Shown: positions 48,670 to 57,412, counted from the stretch's first letter. The stretch is DNA of 64,000 nucleotides from Candidatus Tayloriibacteriota bacterium (GCA_903857825.1 CAIOGI010000001.1:40698-104697); one strand, 5' to 3'. The notes: generated from the letters alone by a model not told the origin. Program-made: numbers and translations.

Positions 48670-48900
48670 TTTACAGGAATCCTTCGGATTCATAAATCTC
48701 TAAACAATATAGTCCGTTTACTCGAACTATCTGGTGTAGTTTTGAGGACATTCTGGTTATAAACCTCGTGTTTATTTACTGGGATTATCCTTGATGCTAC
48801 GTTTAACTTTTGGTGATCGCATTGAAAGTATTGTTTAGAGATTCATGCACCCGATTTACTCGAGACGAGCAAATCAACCTCTCTATCTGGGTCTAATACT
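48670..48900 (+). ncRNA. Candidate structured ncRNA (class unknown, possibly 6S-like) in a 343-bp gene-free gap
   Basis: A gaatcc-ttcg-ggattc hairpin (UUCG-type loop) at 48676-48692. A 16-bp long-range inverted repeat (aaatctctaaacaatat at 48694-48710 pairing with atattgtttagagatt at 48828-48843). A direct repeat ccgWtttactcga. Confidence 0.3.
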
Positions 48901-48954
48901 ACCTACTATTAATAGAAAATTCAATTGACACTAATTTTCTTTTGAGTTTTAAAG

Positions 48955-49233
48955 CTATTGAGCCTGCCTTAATGCTAGTTCATGTGAAGACACCTCTTTC
49001 TTTAAGTGGTCAATTTCATTTTTAAGAGAGGGCTGTATTCTTTCTAGATTCATAATTTCCATTCTCATTGCATCATGACTTTTTTGTAAATTTACAATCT
49101 CTATTCTCTTCTCTCCTAGTGTAATTTCATTATCTGAGTACTTCTTTTCTTTGGTAGCTAATTCTCTTTTTTCATTCTCCATATCTTGCTTGATTTTTTG
49201 AATTTGCTGTTGGATGTTTGTTGGGTTTGTCAT
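48955..49233 (-). CDS. Small coiled-coil hypothetical protein
   Basis: A 92-aa heptad-rich ORF. Confidence 0.35.
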   Translation of the reverse strand: MTNPTNIQQQIQKIKQDMENEKRELATKEKKYSDNEITLGEKRIEIVNLQKSHDAMRMEIMNLERIQPSLKNEIDHLKKEVSSHELALRQAQ

Positions 49234-49262
49234 TGTTTTTTGTTAATTAATTTAATAATAAT

Positions 49263-50933
49263 TTAATCCTCAATCGATATAACTCTTTGCAACTCATCAA
49301 AAGATGTGATGCCTTGCAATATCTTTACTATACCATCCTGTGTGAGGGTTAGTATAGCCTGTGGGGCTGCGGCTTTTTCTACTTCATCTTCACTAGGATT
49401 ATTTTCTAGTGTAGCATTCACTTCTGGTGTCATGATTATGCCTTCGTATATACCTATTCTACCTTTGTATCCTGTATGATTACATTTCTCACACTCACCA
49501 GCTGTGAATATATTTGCTGGCATTGGTGGGATTTCGCTTTTATCAAAAATTGTTTCAACGACTTTGTCTATCTTGATCTTATTATCACCATCTATCGGAA
49601 TTGGTTTTTTACAGAATTCACACAGCTTTCTTATTAGACGTTGAGCAAGAACGATGTTTATAGCAGAACTCATGATTTTAGGATTAATACCAAGGTCTAT
49701 AAGGCGGGGGAATGCACCAGCGGCGCTATTTGTGTGCAGGGTAGAGAAGACAAGGTGGCCTGTTAAGGCAGAGTTAATAGCGATCGCAGCAGTTTCCCCG
49801 TCTCGGATTTCACCAACCATAATAATATCTGGGTCTTGTCTGAGTGCTGCTCTTAACCCATCAAGAAAAGTATAGCCTTTTTCATTTACCTGTGTCTGGA
49901 CTATGCCTTGCAGATGATATTCGATGGGGTCTTCAATTGTAATGATTTTTACGGTTGGGTTATGTGCCTTTTTCAAGAACGCATAAAGCGTTGTTGTCTT
50001 TCCTGAACCTGTTGGCCCTGTGGTTAGAAGCATTCCATTTGGCTTGTCGATCTCTTTTAGAATAATGGCAAGTAGCTTTGGAGGGATGCCAAGATTTTCT
50101 AGTGGCACTCCAATAGATTTAGGATTAAGTATACGCATAACGATTGATTCGTTATATGCACCTGGCAGAATAGATGTTCTTATTTCTATGTCTAAATCTT
50201 TTACATGAACACTGAATCTTCCATCTTGAGAATCAAGTTTGATGTTTAATTTTAATCCAGAAAGTAATTTTACACGAGATAGTAGTAGGGCATAAGTCTC
50301 CTTGTCGAAGTCGATCACTTGTACGAGTACACCGTCTAGTCTATATCTAAGCCTAATATATTCTTCTTCAGGTTCTATGTGAACATCAGATGCGTCCGTG
50401 GCGAGTGCTCCCGCAAGAATTGTTTCGAGTATTTTAGAAACCCTGTAGCTCCTATTCATTGAAAGTAAATCTTTTAGAATGGTCACTATTGCGGGTAGAC
50501 TTTTTGCCTTTTCGACAATATCACTAATTTCGTCGCTCGCCACTTCTAAAGAACCAGCCTTGCTCTCATAAGCAAAAGACATGTCTTTGTATGCATTCCA
50601 TGCTTTATTCAGGCTTGCTGTGGAACATATGTATAGTGTTGGTTCGTAACCCTTATTCTTCAAATCTACTAGGACTTCTTGTATTTTGCTATCCTCAGGA
50701 TTCCTTGTGGCTACTTTGATTTTTTTATCAACCAAAGCGAAACCTGCCATTTTTTTCTCTCTCGCAACTTTCTCCTCAATCAGTCTCAATGCATCACTGC
50801 TTATAGGAACAGCAGAAAGATCTACGTACTCTAATCCATATTTTGCGGATAACAGCTGAACAAGTTCTTCCTCCTCTCTCTTTAGAAGATCACTCATTTT
50901 TCTATTTTGCTTGTCTTCGTCAAATTGAATCAT
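49263..50933 (-). CDS. pilB: Type IV pilus assembly / type II secretion ATPase (PilB/GspE family)
   Basis: A GSPII_E N-domain. Walker A TGPTGSGKTTTL, the Asp box, the His box TLHTN, and a C-terminal Cys4 finger. Confidence 0.9.
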   Translation of the reverse strand: MIQFDEDKQNRKMSDLLKREEEELVQLLSAKYGLEYVDLSAVPISSDALRLIEEKVAREKKMAGFALVDKKIKVATRNPEDSKIQEVLVDLKNKGYEPTLYICSTASLNKAWNAYKDMSFAYESKAGSLEVASDEISDIVEKAKSLPAIVTILKDLLSMNRSYRVSKILETILAGALATDASDVHIEPEEEYIRLRYRLDGVLVQVIDFDKETYALLLSRVKLLSGLKLNIKLDSQDGRFSVHVKDLDIEIRTSILPGAYNESIVMRILNPKSIGVPLENLGIPPKLLAIILKEIDKPNGMLLTTGPTGSGKTTTLYAFLKKAHNPTVKIITIEDPIEYHLQGIVQTQVNEKGYTFLDGLRAALRQDPDIIMVGEIRDGETAAIAINSALTGHLVFSTLHTNSAAGAFPRLIDLGINPKIMSSAINIVLAQRLIRKLCEFCKKPIPIDGDNKIKIDKVVETIFDKSEIPPMPANIFTAGECEKCNHTGYKGRIGIYEGIIMTPEVNATLENNPSEDEVEKAAAPQAILTLTQDGIVKILQGITSFDELQRVISIED

Positions 50934-50997
50934 GTTTTTAATTTAAAAAAGTTAAATATTGTATTTATTATAGCGTATAAGGTAAATTTGACTGCTA

Positions 50998-51025
50998 TTG
51001 ACTTTACCGCTGACTGTGATATAAT
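50998..51025 (+). promoter_or_regulatory. Consensus promoter 1 (TTGACT-N16-TGaTATAAT, an extended -10), followed by leader hairpin agccagaa-ttgt-tctggct at 51036-51054
   Basis: It is near-identical to the promoter and leader at 51511-51570. Confidence 0.6.
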
Positions 51026-51072
51026 ACTACCGTAAAGCCAGAATTGTTCTGGCTCGGTTACGGAATGATCAT

Positions 51073-51399
51073 ATGAAAAAGAAAGTGTTTCTTCTGGTGG
51101 CGTGTGCCACCTTAGCCTACGCCCCAGCTCATGCTGGGGGGACACCGCCAAAGCAGGCGACCCTCCCAGTGGTCGCTACAGCGACGAACCCACCTCACAC
51201 TTTAGTGTTGGGAAGAGTGGTGGGATCTACGGAGATCCGACTGTTTGTCCCCATTCACACCCACCGGTGGACAAACAACCCAACCCCAACGCCGACGACC
51301 AACCAGTGGTCATCGGCGGGGTCTAAGACTCCAGCCACAAACGGTGTGGCTAAACAAAACTCTGGGGCAATCGCCCCCGGAAAGGTGGACGGCAAATAG
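51073..51399 (+). CDS. High-GC small secreted protein or lipoprotein, Thr/Pro/Asn-rich, 108 aa
   Basis: The signal peptide is MKKKVFLLVACATLAYAPAHA, with a possible LVAC lipobox. Its GC is much higher than the flanking DNA. It has a promoter, an RBS-like ggaa and a terminator. Confidence 0.5.
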   Translation: MKKKVFLLVACATLAYAPAHAGGTPPKQATLPVVATATNPPHTLVLGRVVGSTEIRLFVPIHTHRWTNNPTPTPTTNQWSSAGSKTPATNGVAKQNSGAIAPGKVDGK

Positions 51400-51417
51400 C
51401 TAAGACCACCCCACCAA

Positions 51418-51458
51418 GCGGCTCGAATCTCACAGGAGAGGCGAGCCGTTATTTTTTA
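51418..51458 (+). terminator. Rho-independent terminator (gcggctcg...cgagccg followed by TTATTTTTT)
   Basis: A GC stem followed by a T-run. Confidence 0.6.
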
Positions 51459-51510
51459 TATTTTCGATTAGGTAGTAATTGATTAGCAGGTTTAATATCT
51501 TTTAATACTA

Positions 51511-51538
51511 TTGACTTTGTGTCTAGATGTGATATAAT
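51511..51538 (+). promoter_or_regulatory. Consensus promoter 2 (TTGACT-N16-TGaTATAAT), followed by leader hairpin gctggaa-tatgttgt-tccagc at 51550-51570
   Basis: A paralogue of promoter/leader 1. Confidence 0.6.
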
Positions 51539-51592
51539 ACTAGTGTGAAGCTGGAATATGTTGTTCCAGCCAGATGACGGAAAGTTCTTCCT

Positions 51593-52003
51593 ATGAAAAA
51601 CATTCTTCTGTTGGCGACAGTGTTGGCTCTGATGGCGTTCACCTGCACTGGGTGTGCGGGTATCTTTTCAAAGTCTACGAAGCCGTTGTCCCGCCAGGTC
51701 ACCGAGCCAATGTCTGGCTCGAAGATGCCGGTGGAAAAGTTCCACTCGGTGTCAGTGAGTGGGCCTGGTTTCGGGTACTCCAAAGTCGAAGAGACTAGGG
51801 GGTATCCGGTCCAGGTCGTCAGTCGTGACCATAACGGCGCCCTTGTGTACACCAACGAGGTGTACATCTACTCCCAGACCAACGTCTGGGGATACCGGTA
51901 CAACACCGACAGGGTGCCCCAGACATACACCGCACCAGTGCCTTACAAGAGCACGGTGTACGGACCCCAGGGTCCGAGAGGAAGGAAAGCCTCCCCGCGC
52001 TGA
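51593..52003 (+). CDS. High-GC small secreted protein, Tyr/Gly/Val/Thr-rich, 136 aa
   Basis: The signal peptide is MKNILLLATVLALMAFTCTGCAG. It is GC-rich with strong GC3 bias. Overlapping ORFs in other frames are the expected high-GC artefacts. Confidence 0.5.
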   Translation: MKNILLLATVLALMAFTCTGCAGIFSKSTKPLSRQVTEPMSGSKMPVEKFHSVSVSGPGFGYSKVEETRGYPVQVVSRDHNGALVYTNEVYIYSQTNVWGYRYNTDRVPQTYTAPVPYKSTVYGPQGPRGRKASPR

Positions 52004-52023
52004 AAAAGCGCAAAACAGTTTCG

Positions 52024-52070
52024 CAGCCGGCTCCTTCTTGTCACACGACGAGATACGAGCCGGTTTTCTA
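52024..52070 (+). terminator. Rho-independent terminator (gccggctc...gagccgg followed by TTTT)
   Basis: A GC stem followed by a T-run. Confidence 0.55.
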
Positions 52071-52110
52071 TTATATTTTTATAATCGTCCTATTGTGTTA
52101 TATTTTAATA

Positions 52111-52551
52111 ATGAAAATCACAGTCACCACTCACTCTCTAGAAGAAGCTCAAAAGCTTGCGAAAGATTGGCTAGCCTCTTTACCTCAAAAAACTGACGAG
52201 GCGACTATTGTGGGATTGTATGGAAATCTCGGATCTGGGAAAACTACTTTTACACAATCCGTTGCTAGAGAGCTTGGCATAAATAGTGCGGTAACTAGTC
52301 CGACATTCGTAATAGAGAAACTTTACGAGACCACGCACCCGTATTTTGCCAGACTTATACATATAGACGCATATAGACTAGAAAGTGGAAGGGAATTGCA
52401 AACTTTAAACTTCGAGGATTTGGTAGATAATCCAAATAATTTGATCTTGATAGAGTGGCCAGAGAATGTAAAAGAGATTTTACCTGAAAATCATTTGAAA
52501 ATACTTTGCGAATTTGTCGATGAGAATTCTAGGAAATTTGAAATTCTTTAA
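52111..52551 (+). CDS. tsaE: tRNA threonylcarbamoyladenosine biosynthesis protein TsaE (YjeE). The likely start is MKITVTT, and the track ORF begins at a TTG at 52093.
   Basis: GLYGNLGSGKTTFTQ (the P-loop) and TSPTFVIE. Confidence 0.85.
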   Translation: MKITVTTHSLEEAQKLAKDWLASLPQKTDEATIVGLYGNLGSGKTTFTQSVARELGINSAVTSPTFVIEKLYETTHPYFARLIHIDAYRLESGRELQTLNFEDLVDNPNNLILIEWPENVKEILPENHLKILCEFVDENSRKFEIL

Positions 52552-52814
52552 GAATAAAGATTACTATGACTATCTATTTTATAAAAAGTATAGACGCCTT
52601 TTGGACTTTCTTTATAAATTAACCTCAAATCTGAGTTTACATTGATACTTCTAAAATCTTTTAGTTCACCATGTAGAGGGTGATTGTTTAATATTTGATC
52701 AAATGGATTAACAATAAAAATATCCCTCCTTGCCTTAAAAGATCCCTTCTGTTTATTATCTAGTTTTTTATACTGTTTTTCAAAACTTTTGTGTAAGTAT
52801 ATTTTCACAAACAC
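52548..52814 (-). CDS. RelE/ParE-family type II toxin (mRNA interferase)
   Basis: About 88 aa, with ...KARRDIFIVNP... and ...LRLIYKE... typical of the RelE/YoeB fold. It overlaps the antitoxin by 4 nt. Confidence 0.65.
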   Translation of the reverse strand: MFVKIYLHKSFEKQYKKLDNKQKGSFKARRDIFIVNPFDQILNNHPLHGELKDFRSINVNSDLRLIYKESPKGVYTFYKIDSHSNLYS

Positions 52815-52817
52815 ATT

Positions 52818-53087
52818 TTATATTGAATCTAGATAGTCGTCCATTTTTTTGCTATCAGAAAAAGAAGGGGACAGGTTCTTGCTCTTTTTAACGTCCATTT
52901 CAGCCTTTTTTAATTCACTTGTGGTTTTTGTATTAGGATAATATTCAAATTCAATCTTCTTCTCCCTTATCAATTTTCTCATAGAGGCATTTACAAAACT
53001 GCTAATATTAAAACCCATATCCTCAAGAATCTTTTGCGCCTCATCCTTTATTTTTTTGTCTGTTCTTATGTGTATCAGTGTATTCAT
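52818..53087 (-). CDS. RelB/DinJ-family antitoxin (ribbon-helix-helix). The likely start is MNTLIHIRTD, and the track ORF extends to 53180.
   Basis: IRTDKKIKDEAQKILEDMGFNISSFVNASMRKLIREKKIEF resembles DinJ. Confidence 0.6.
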   Translation of the reverse strand: MNTLIHIRTDKKIKDEAQKILEDMGFNISSFVNASMRKLIREKKIEFEYYPNTKTTSELKKAEMDVKKSKNLSPSFSDSKKMDDYLDSI

Positions 53088-53165
53088 AGTATACATAGTA
53101 TATACAATGTATACTATTTTGCAAGTACGGTGTATCTCGTCATATATTTGAGGTACAATAGGGGT

Positions 53166-53939
53166 ATGAAAGAGGAACAATCATTAGTTAATTATGAAAG
53201 AGGAGGTTTCAGGACCGATTTGTCTAAAAGAATTCTCGAGCCAGAGGAGATTATTACTGGTGAAGAGGGAGAAAAATATGCCAATCGAAAAGATGACAGA
53301 ACCCTGACTTATAGCATGGTCGCTAGGGATATTGTAGAAAGACTTGGTATGAATGAAAGATCTAGGGTCATGGAGGTTTGCTGTGGGTCAGGTCAATTAG
53401 CCCATTTTCTTAGAGAAATGACTGGTGCGTATATTGTTGCAACAGATGGAGGAAAAGAATTGGTGGACGCCGCCACCTCAAAGTATGGCGGTGAGGGTAT
53501 AGAATTCCGACAGCTTGATGTTCATGGTGCTACAGATGGCGATTTTGATTTTGTAATATGTAAAGACTCATTCCATCATTTTACTGACCCAGTACAATCG
53601 ATAAAAGATATGTTTCGCCTGTTAAAAGACGGCGGAAAGATTTACATTTTTGATTTAGTCAGAAGTTGTGATCCAGAACAAATAGATTATCGTCAAAAGG
53701 TGATGCAGATAGATGCTGAGGCAAAAAGGTTTTTGCAATCAGTTAACGCTTCATTAACTCCAGAAGAAATGAAGAGCGTGGCAATTGGGAGTGCAGTAAT
53801 AGATGTGGAGGTGATTTATCCGATGCAGTATTCAGAGGATAATATAGAGGAGCATAAAGAAATAATAGAGAGAGACTCAACCAAAGAGTACTTACTAGAC
53901 AAACTCTTTGCCGTGTACATCCTGACAAAAAAAATATGA
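53166..53939 (+). CDS. Class I SAM-dependent methyltransferase. The likely start is MKEEQSL, and the track ORF begins at 53034.
   Basis: VMEVCCGSGQLAHFL (motif I) and FDFVICKDSFHHF. Confidence 0.7.
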   Translation: MKEEQSLVNYERGGFRTDLSKRILEPEEIITGEEGEKYANRKDDRTLTYSMVARDIVERLGMNERSRVMEVCCGSGQLAHFLREMTGAYIVATDGGKELVDAATSKYGGEGIEFRQLDVHGATDGDFDFVICKDSFHHFTDPVQSIKDMFRLLKDGGKIYIFDLVRSCDPEQIDYRQKVMQIDAEAKRFLQSVNASLTPEEMKSVAIGSAVIDVEVIYPMQYSEDNIEEHKEIIERDSTKEYLLDKLFAVYILTKKI

Positions 53940-56305
53940 TCAAGACAATAACTCAAACCAAACGCCTTGTCCTTCTCGATGCCCACGCCATTTTACATAG
54001 GGCATATCACGCTCTGCCTGATTTCATGTCTGCAAAAGGCGAACCGACAGGTGCCCTGTATGGACTTACAACCATGCTCATAAAGATAATTGATGAGCTC
54101 AAGCCAGACTACTTGGTGGCTTGTTATGACTTGCCTCAGCCTACTTATAGACATGAGGCTTACAAAGACTATAAGGCGGGTAGGGCAAAGGCGGACGACG
54201 AGCTTGTGGCACAGATGAAAAGATCGAGAGACATTTTCAAAGCTTTTGATGTTCCAATTTATGATAAGCCTGGTTTCGAGGCAGATGATATGCTCGGAAC
54301 TATTGTTGAAAAATTAAAGGACGATCCTGAAGTAGATATCGTTATTGCTTCTGGTGACATGGACACACTTCAGCTCATCACCGGCAAAAAGGTTCAAGTC
54401 TATACTTTAAAGAAAGGAATAAAGGATACGATTATTTATGATGAAAAAGCTGTAAATGAACGATATGGTTTTGGACCACTTCAATTGCCTGATTATAAAG
54501 GGCTTCGAGGAGACCCCTCGGATAATATTATAGGCATTGCAGGTATTGGTGAAAAGACTGCAACAATACTCATCTCTACCTTTGGAAGCATAGAAAATAT
54601 TTATAAAGAGCTTGAGGCTGGGCATGAGGAGAAATTTAAAAAAGTCGGGATTACAGATAGAATAGTCAATCTTTTAAAAGAAGGAAAAGAGGATGCGGAA
54701 TTTAGTAAAATGCTCGGAACCATAAGAAGGGATGCGCCAATTGATTTCAATTTACCAAAGAACTTTGGTGAGAGTATTGATTTCGATAAAATCATTGCAC
54801 TTTTTAATGAATTAGACTTCAGGACTTTAGCTAATAGATTGAGAATGGTGTTGGGAGGTAAAGCGGAAGAGGTGAAGAAAGAGGAGGTGGAACAGAATAT
54901 TTCAAAAGAAGATTTAACTGAAACAGGTATTGCTCTTTGGCTTATTAATTCAAACCTTACAAATCCCACTGCAGACGATATTTTAGAATTTGCTAAGACA
55001 AAGGATTTTGCTGAAGCAAAGAAAATAATATTTACAGAGCTAGAAAAGAGGGGATTGAAAAAAGTTTATGATGATATTGAATTTCCAATTATTCCAATAA
55101 TAGAAAAGATGGATAAAAAGGGGGTGAAGATAGATGTCACTTTCTTGAATGATCTTTCAAAAACATATCACACCGAACTTTCTAAGCTAGAAAAGAAAAT
55201 CTGGGAATATGCTGGCGGGGAATTTAATATAAATTCACCGAAGCAACTTGGTGAAATTCTTTTTGATAAAATGGCTTTGACTGCAAAAGGTCTAAAGAAG
55301 ACTAGTGGCGGAGCGCGCTCTACTCGTGAGTCTGAGCTCGAAAAGCTTAGAGATGTTCACCCTATCGTTCCTCTACTCTTTGAATATCGCGAGCTTCAGA
55401 AACTTCTTTCTACATATATAGACACCATTCCGACACTTGTGGATGACAATCATCGCCTACATGCACATTTTCTACAAACAGGTACTACTACTGGGCGCAT
55501 GTCTTCTCAGGGGCCGAATCTCCAGAATATTCCAGTGAAAACTGATCTGGGTAGAGCTATTAGAAATGCATTTATTGCAGAAAAAGGTTTTGTTTTGGCC
55601 TCGCTCGACTATTCACAAATAGAACTTCGAATTGCTGCATTCCTTTCTGGTGATGAAAAGTTGATTGAGATTTTTACAAAAGGAGAGGATGTACATACAG
55701 CTGTCGCGTCTGAAGTTTTTGAAGTGTCACTTGATAAGGTGGATAAAGAAATGCGTAGGAAGGCGAAGATTATTAACTTCGGAATACTTTATGGTATGGG
55801 TGTGAATGCTTTGAAGCAGAATCTCGGAGAAGGCACAGAAAGGGCCGAAGCTCAGAAGTTCTATAATGATTACTTTGCCAAGTTTTCTGGTCTCGCTTCA
55901 TATCTCGATAGGGTAAAGGCAGATGCTCAGCGCAAGGGCTATACAGAAACTTTCTTTGGGCGTAGAAGATATTTCGAAGGTATAAATTCTAAGCTACCCT
56001 TCATAAAGGCTATGGCAGAGCGCATGGCTATCAATGCGCCGATACAAGGAACCAATGCTGATATTGTGAAGATTGCTATGAAGAGAATAGATGACTATTT
56101 GATAAAGGAAGGACTTCAGGAAGATGTGCAATTAATCTTGCAGGTGCATGACGAACTAGTTTACGAAATTAGAGAAGGAAAGGAAGAGGGGGTGGTTGCT
56201 GAAATAAAGAAGATGATGGAAACTGTTGTTGATCCAAAAGATATAAAGGGAATTCGCTGTGTGGCGAATGGGGTGACAGGAAAGAATTGGGGAGAGTTGA
56301 AATAG
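53936..56305 (+). CDS. polA: DNA polymerase I (5'-3' exonuclease plus polymerase; the 3'-5' exonuclease region is reduced)
   Basis: LLDAHAILHRAYHAL, ...DYSQIELRIAAFLSGD... (motif A), ...KIINFGILYGMG... (motif B) and QVHDELV (motif C). Confidence 0.95.
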   Translation: MIKTITQTKRLVLLDAHAILHRAYHALPDFMSAKGEPTGALYGLTTMLIKIIDELKPDYLVACYDLPQPTYRHEAYKDYKAGRAKADDELVAQMKRSRDIFKAFDVPIYDKPGFEADDMLGTIVEKLKDDPEVDIVIASGDMDTLQLITGKKVQVYTLKKGIKDTIIYDEKAVNERYGFGPLQLPDYKGLRGDPSDNIIGIAGIGEKTATILISTFGSIENIYKELEAGHEEKFKKVGITDRIVNLLKEGKEDAEFSKMLGTIRRDAPIDFNLPKNFGESIDFDKIIALFNELDFRTLANRLRMVLGGKAEEVKKEEVEQNISKEDLTETGIALWLINSNLTNPTADDILEFAKTKDFAEAKKIIFTELEKRGLKKVYDDIEFPIIPIIEKMDKKGVKIDVTFLNDLSKTYHTELSKLEKKIWEYAGGEFNINSPKQLGEILFDKMALTAKGLKKTSGGARSTRESELEKLRDVHPIVPLLFEYRELQKLLSTYIDTIPTLVDDNHRLHAHFLQTGTTTGRMSSQGPNLQNIPVKTDLGRAIRNAFIAEKGFVLASLDYSQIELRIAAFLSGDEKLIEIFTKGEDVHTAVASEVFEVSLDKVDKEMRRKAKIINFGILYGMGVNALKQNLGEGTERAEAQKFYNDYFAKFSGLASYLDRVKADAQRKGYTETFFGRRRYFEGINSKLPFIKAMAERMAINAPIQGTNADIVKIAMKRIDDYLIKEGLQEDVQLILQVHDELVYEIREGKEEGVVAEIKKMMETVVDPKDIKGIRCVANGVTGKNWGELK

Positions 56306-56387
56306 GATTGGGGCATTGACAAAACTCAGCGAAGTGGTAGTTTGGGGTTAGTTAGTGTCGGTTAACCCTTAATCGGAGAAAATCCAA

Positions 56388-56633
56388 ATGACGACGTTTA
56401 ATGATGCGGCGGCGGCGGCCTTTGTTAGGCAGGTCGGACAAGGGGTAAAAGGGCGTATGCCTCAAGAAATGCCGAATGTTCCAAGTGGAATGGCTGTTGT
56501 GGTGCTCTTGGGCGACACCATGTATTGCCTCGAAGATCCCAAAGACTACGACGTAGTCAAAGAAATGTTCGGCAACAGTGTCACAGCCGAACTCTTTGCC
56601 GTCGATTGGTCGCACTTTAATCAGGCGACCTGA
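56388..56633 (+). CDS. Small GC-rich hypothetical protein (81 aa, no signal peptide)
   Basis: There is a GGAG RBS 7 nt upstream of the ATG. The segment is GC-rich (ggcggcggcggcc...). A terminator follows. Confidence 0.35.
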   Translation: MTTFNDAAAAAFVRQVGQGVKGRMPQEMPNVPSGMAVVVLLGDTMYCLEDPKDYDVVKEMFGNSVTAELFAVDWSHFNQAT

Positions 56634-56667
56634 ATATCATCACCCCCCCCACTATGCAGTCACCTCA

Positions 56668-56700
56668 GACCGGTCCACACAAGACGCCGGTCTTCTTTTT
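56668..56700 (+). terminator. Rho-independent terminator (agaccgg...ccggtct followed by TTTTTAT)
   Basis: A stem followed by a T-run. Confidence 0.55.
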
Positions 56701-56730
56701 ATATTTTCCTTTTTATCCTATACTAAACCC

Positions 56731-57411
56731 ATGATCTACTTTTTTCACGGCACAGATACAGAGAAGGCCAGAGTAAAGGCAAATGAGCTTGCTGATTCTT
56801 TACGTAAGAAGAAGCCAGACGCCTCTTTCTTTAAAATGAGTGCAGAGAATTTTGACGCGATTACTTTACAAGAATATATAGGCGGGCAAGGACTTTTTTC
56901 AAATAAATATATTGTTTTACTAGACAGGCTTTGTGGAGATAAAGAAGTAAAAGGACAGTTTATTGATTTACTAAAAGAAATCGCTGAATCAGAAAACATT
57001 TTTATAATCTTTGAAGAAAAAATAGATAAGGCAACAGCGACAAAGATAGAGAAGAAAGCTGAAAAGACCGCAGTCTTTGATTTATCAGAAAAAGAAGAAA
57101 GAGAAATAAAGGCTAAAAAAGAGGAGGGTATGAACATTTTTGAGATTGCAAATGCCTTAGGGGACAAAAATAAAAAGCATCTATGGATTATTTATAGACA
57201 GCTAATTGAAGAGGGGAAGGCACCAGAAGAAATACACGGAGTACTTTTTTGGAAAGCAAAGACTATGCTTTTAGCTGGAGGTTCGGGGGTATGGAAAGCC
57301 GAAGAGTTGTCAAAACTAATTGAGGATCTGATAACTGTATATCATGAGTCCAGAAGGGGAATACATGAGCTCGAAACAGGACTCGAGGCTTTACTTGTAG
57401 GGATAAAATAG
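56731..57411 (+). CDS. holA: DNA polymerase III delta subunit-like protein (a short HolA). The start MIYFFHGTD is at 56731, and the track ORF begins upstream.
   Basis: MIYFFHGTDTEKARVKANELADSL... and ...NKYIVLLD... match the HolA N-terminal pattern. Confidence 0.55.
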   Translation: MIYFFHGTDTEKARVKANELADSLRKKKPDASFFKMSAENFDAITLQEYIGGQGLFSNKYIVLLDRLCGDKEVKGQFIDLLKEIAESENIFIIFEEKIDKATATKIEKKAEKTAVFDLSEKEEREIKAKKEEGMNIFEIANALGDKNKKHLWIIYRQLIEEGKAPEEIHGVLFWKAKTMLLAGGSGVWKAEELSKLIEDLITVYHESRRGIHELETGLEALLVGIK

Positions 57412-57412
57412 A

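Noticed and set aside
51523-52196. Multiple overlapping ORFs on both strands in the high-GC block (51523-51867 minus, 51574-51798 plus, 51759-52196 plus, 51819-52013 minus, 51102-51326 plus)
   Set aside because: These are typical frame-independent open reading in GC-rich DNA. Only the two plus-strand ORFs that start right after a promoter and RBS and encode signal peptides are plausible genes.
56352-56615. 87-aa minus-strand ORF antisense to the small GC-rich ORF
   Set aside because: It has no RBS and is Arg-rich and low-complexity. The plus-strand ORF has a GGAG RBS and a downstream terminator.
56578-56730. N-terminal extension of the holA-like ORF (MSQPNSLPSIGRT...)
   Set aside because: The extension overlaps the preceding terminator and the GC-rich patch. 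The conserved HolA N-terminus begins at the ATG at 56731.
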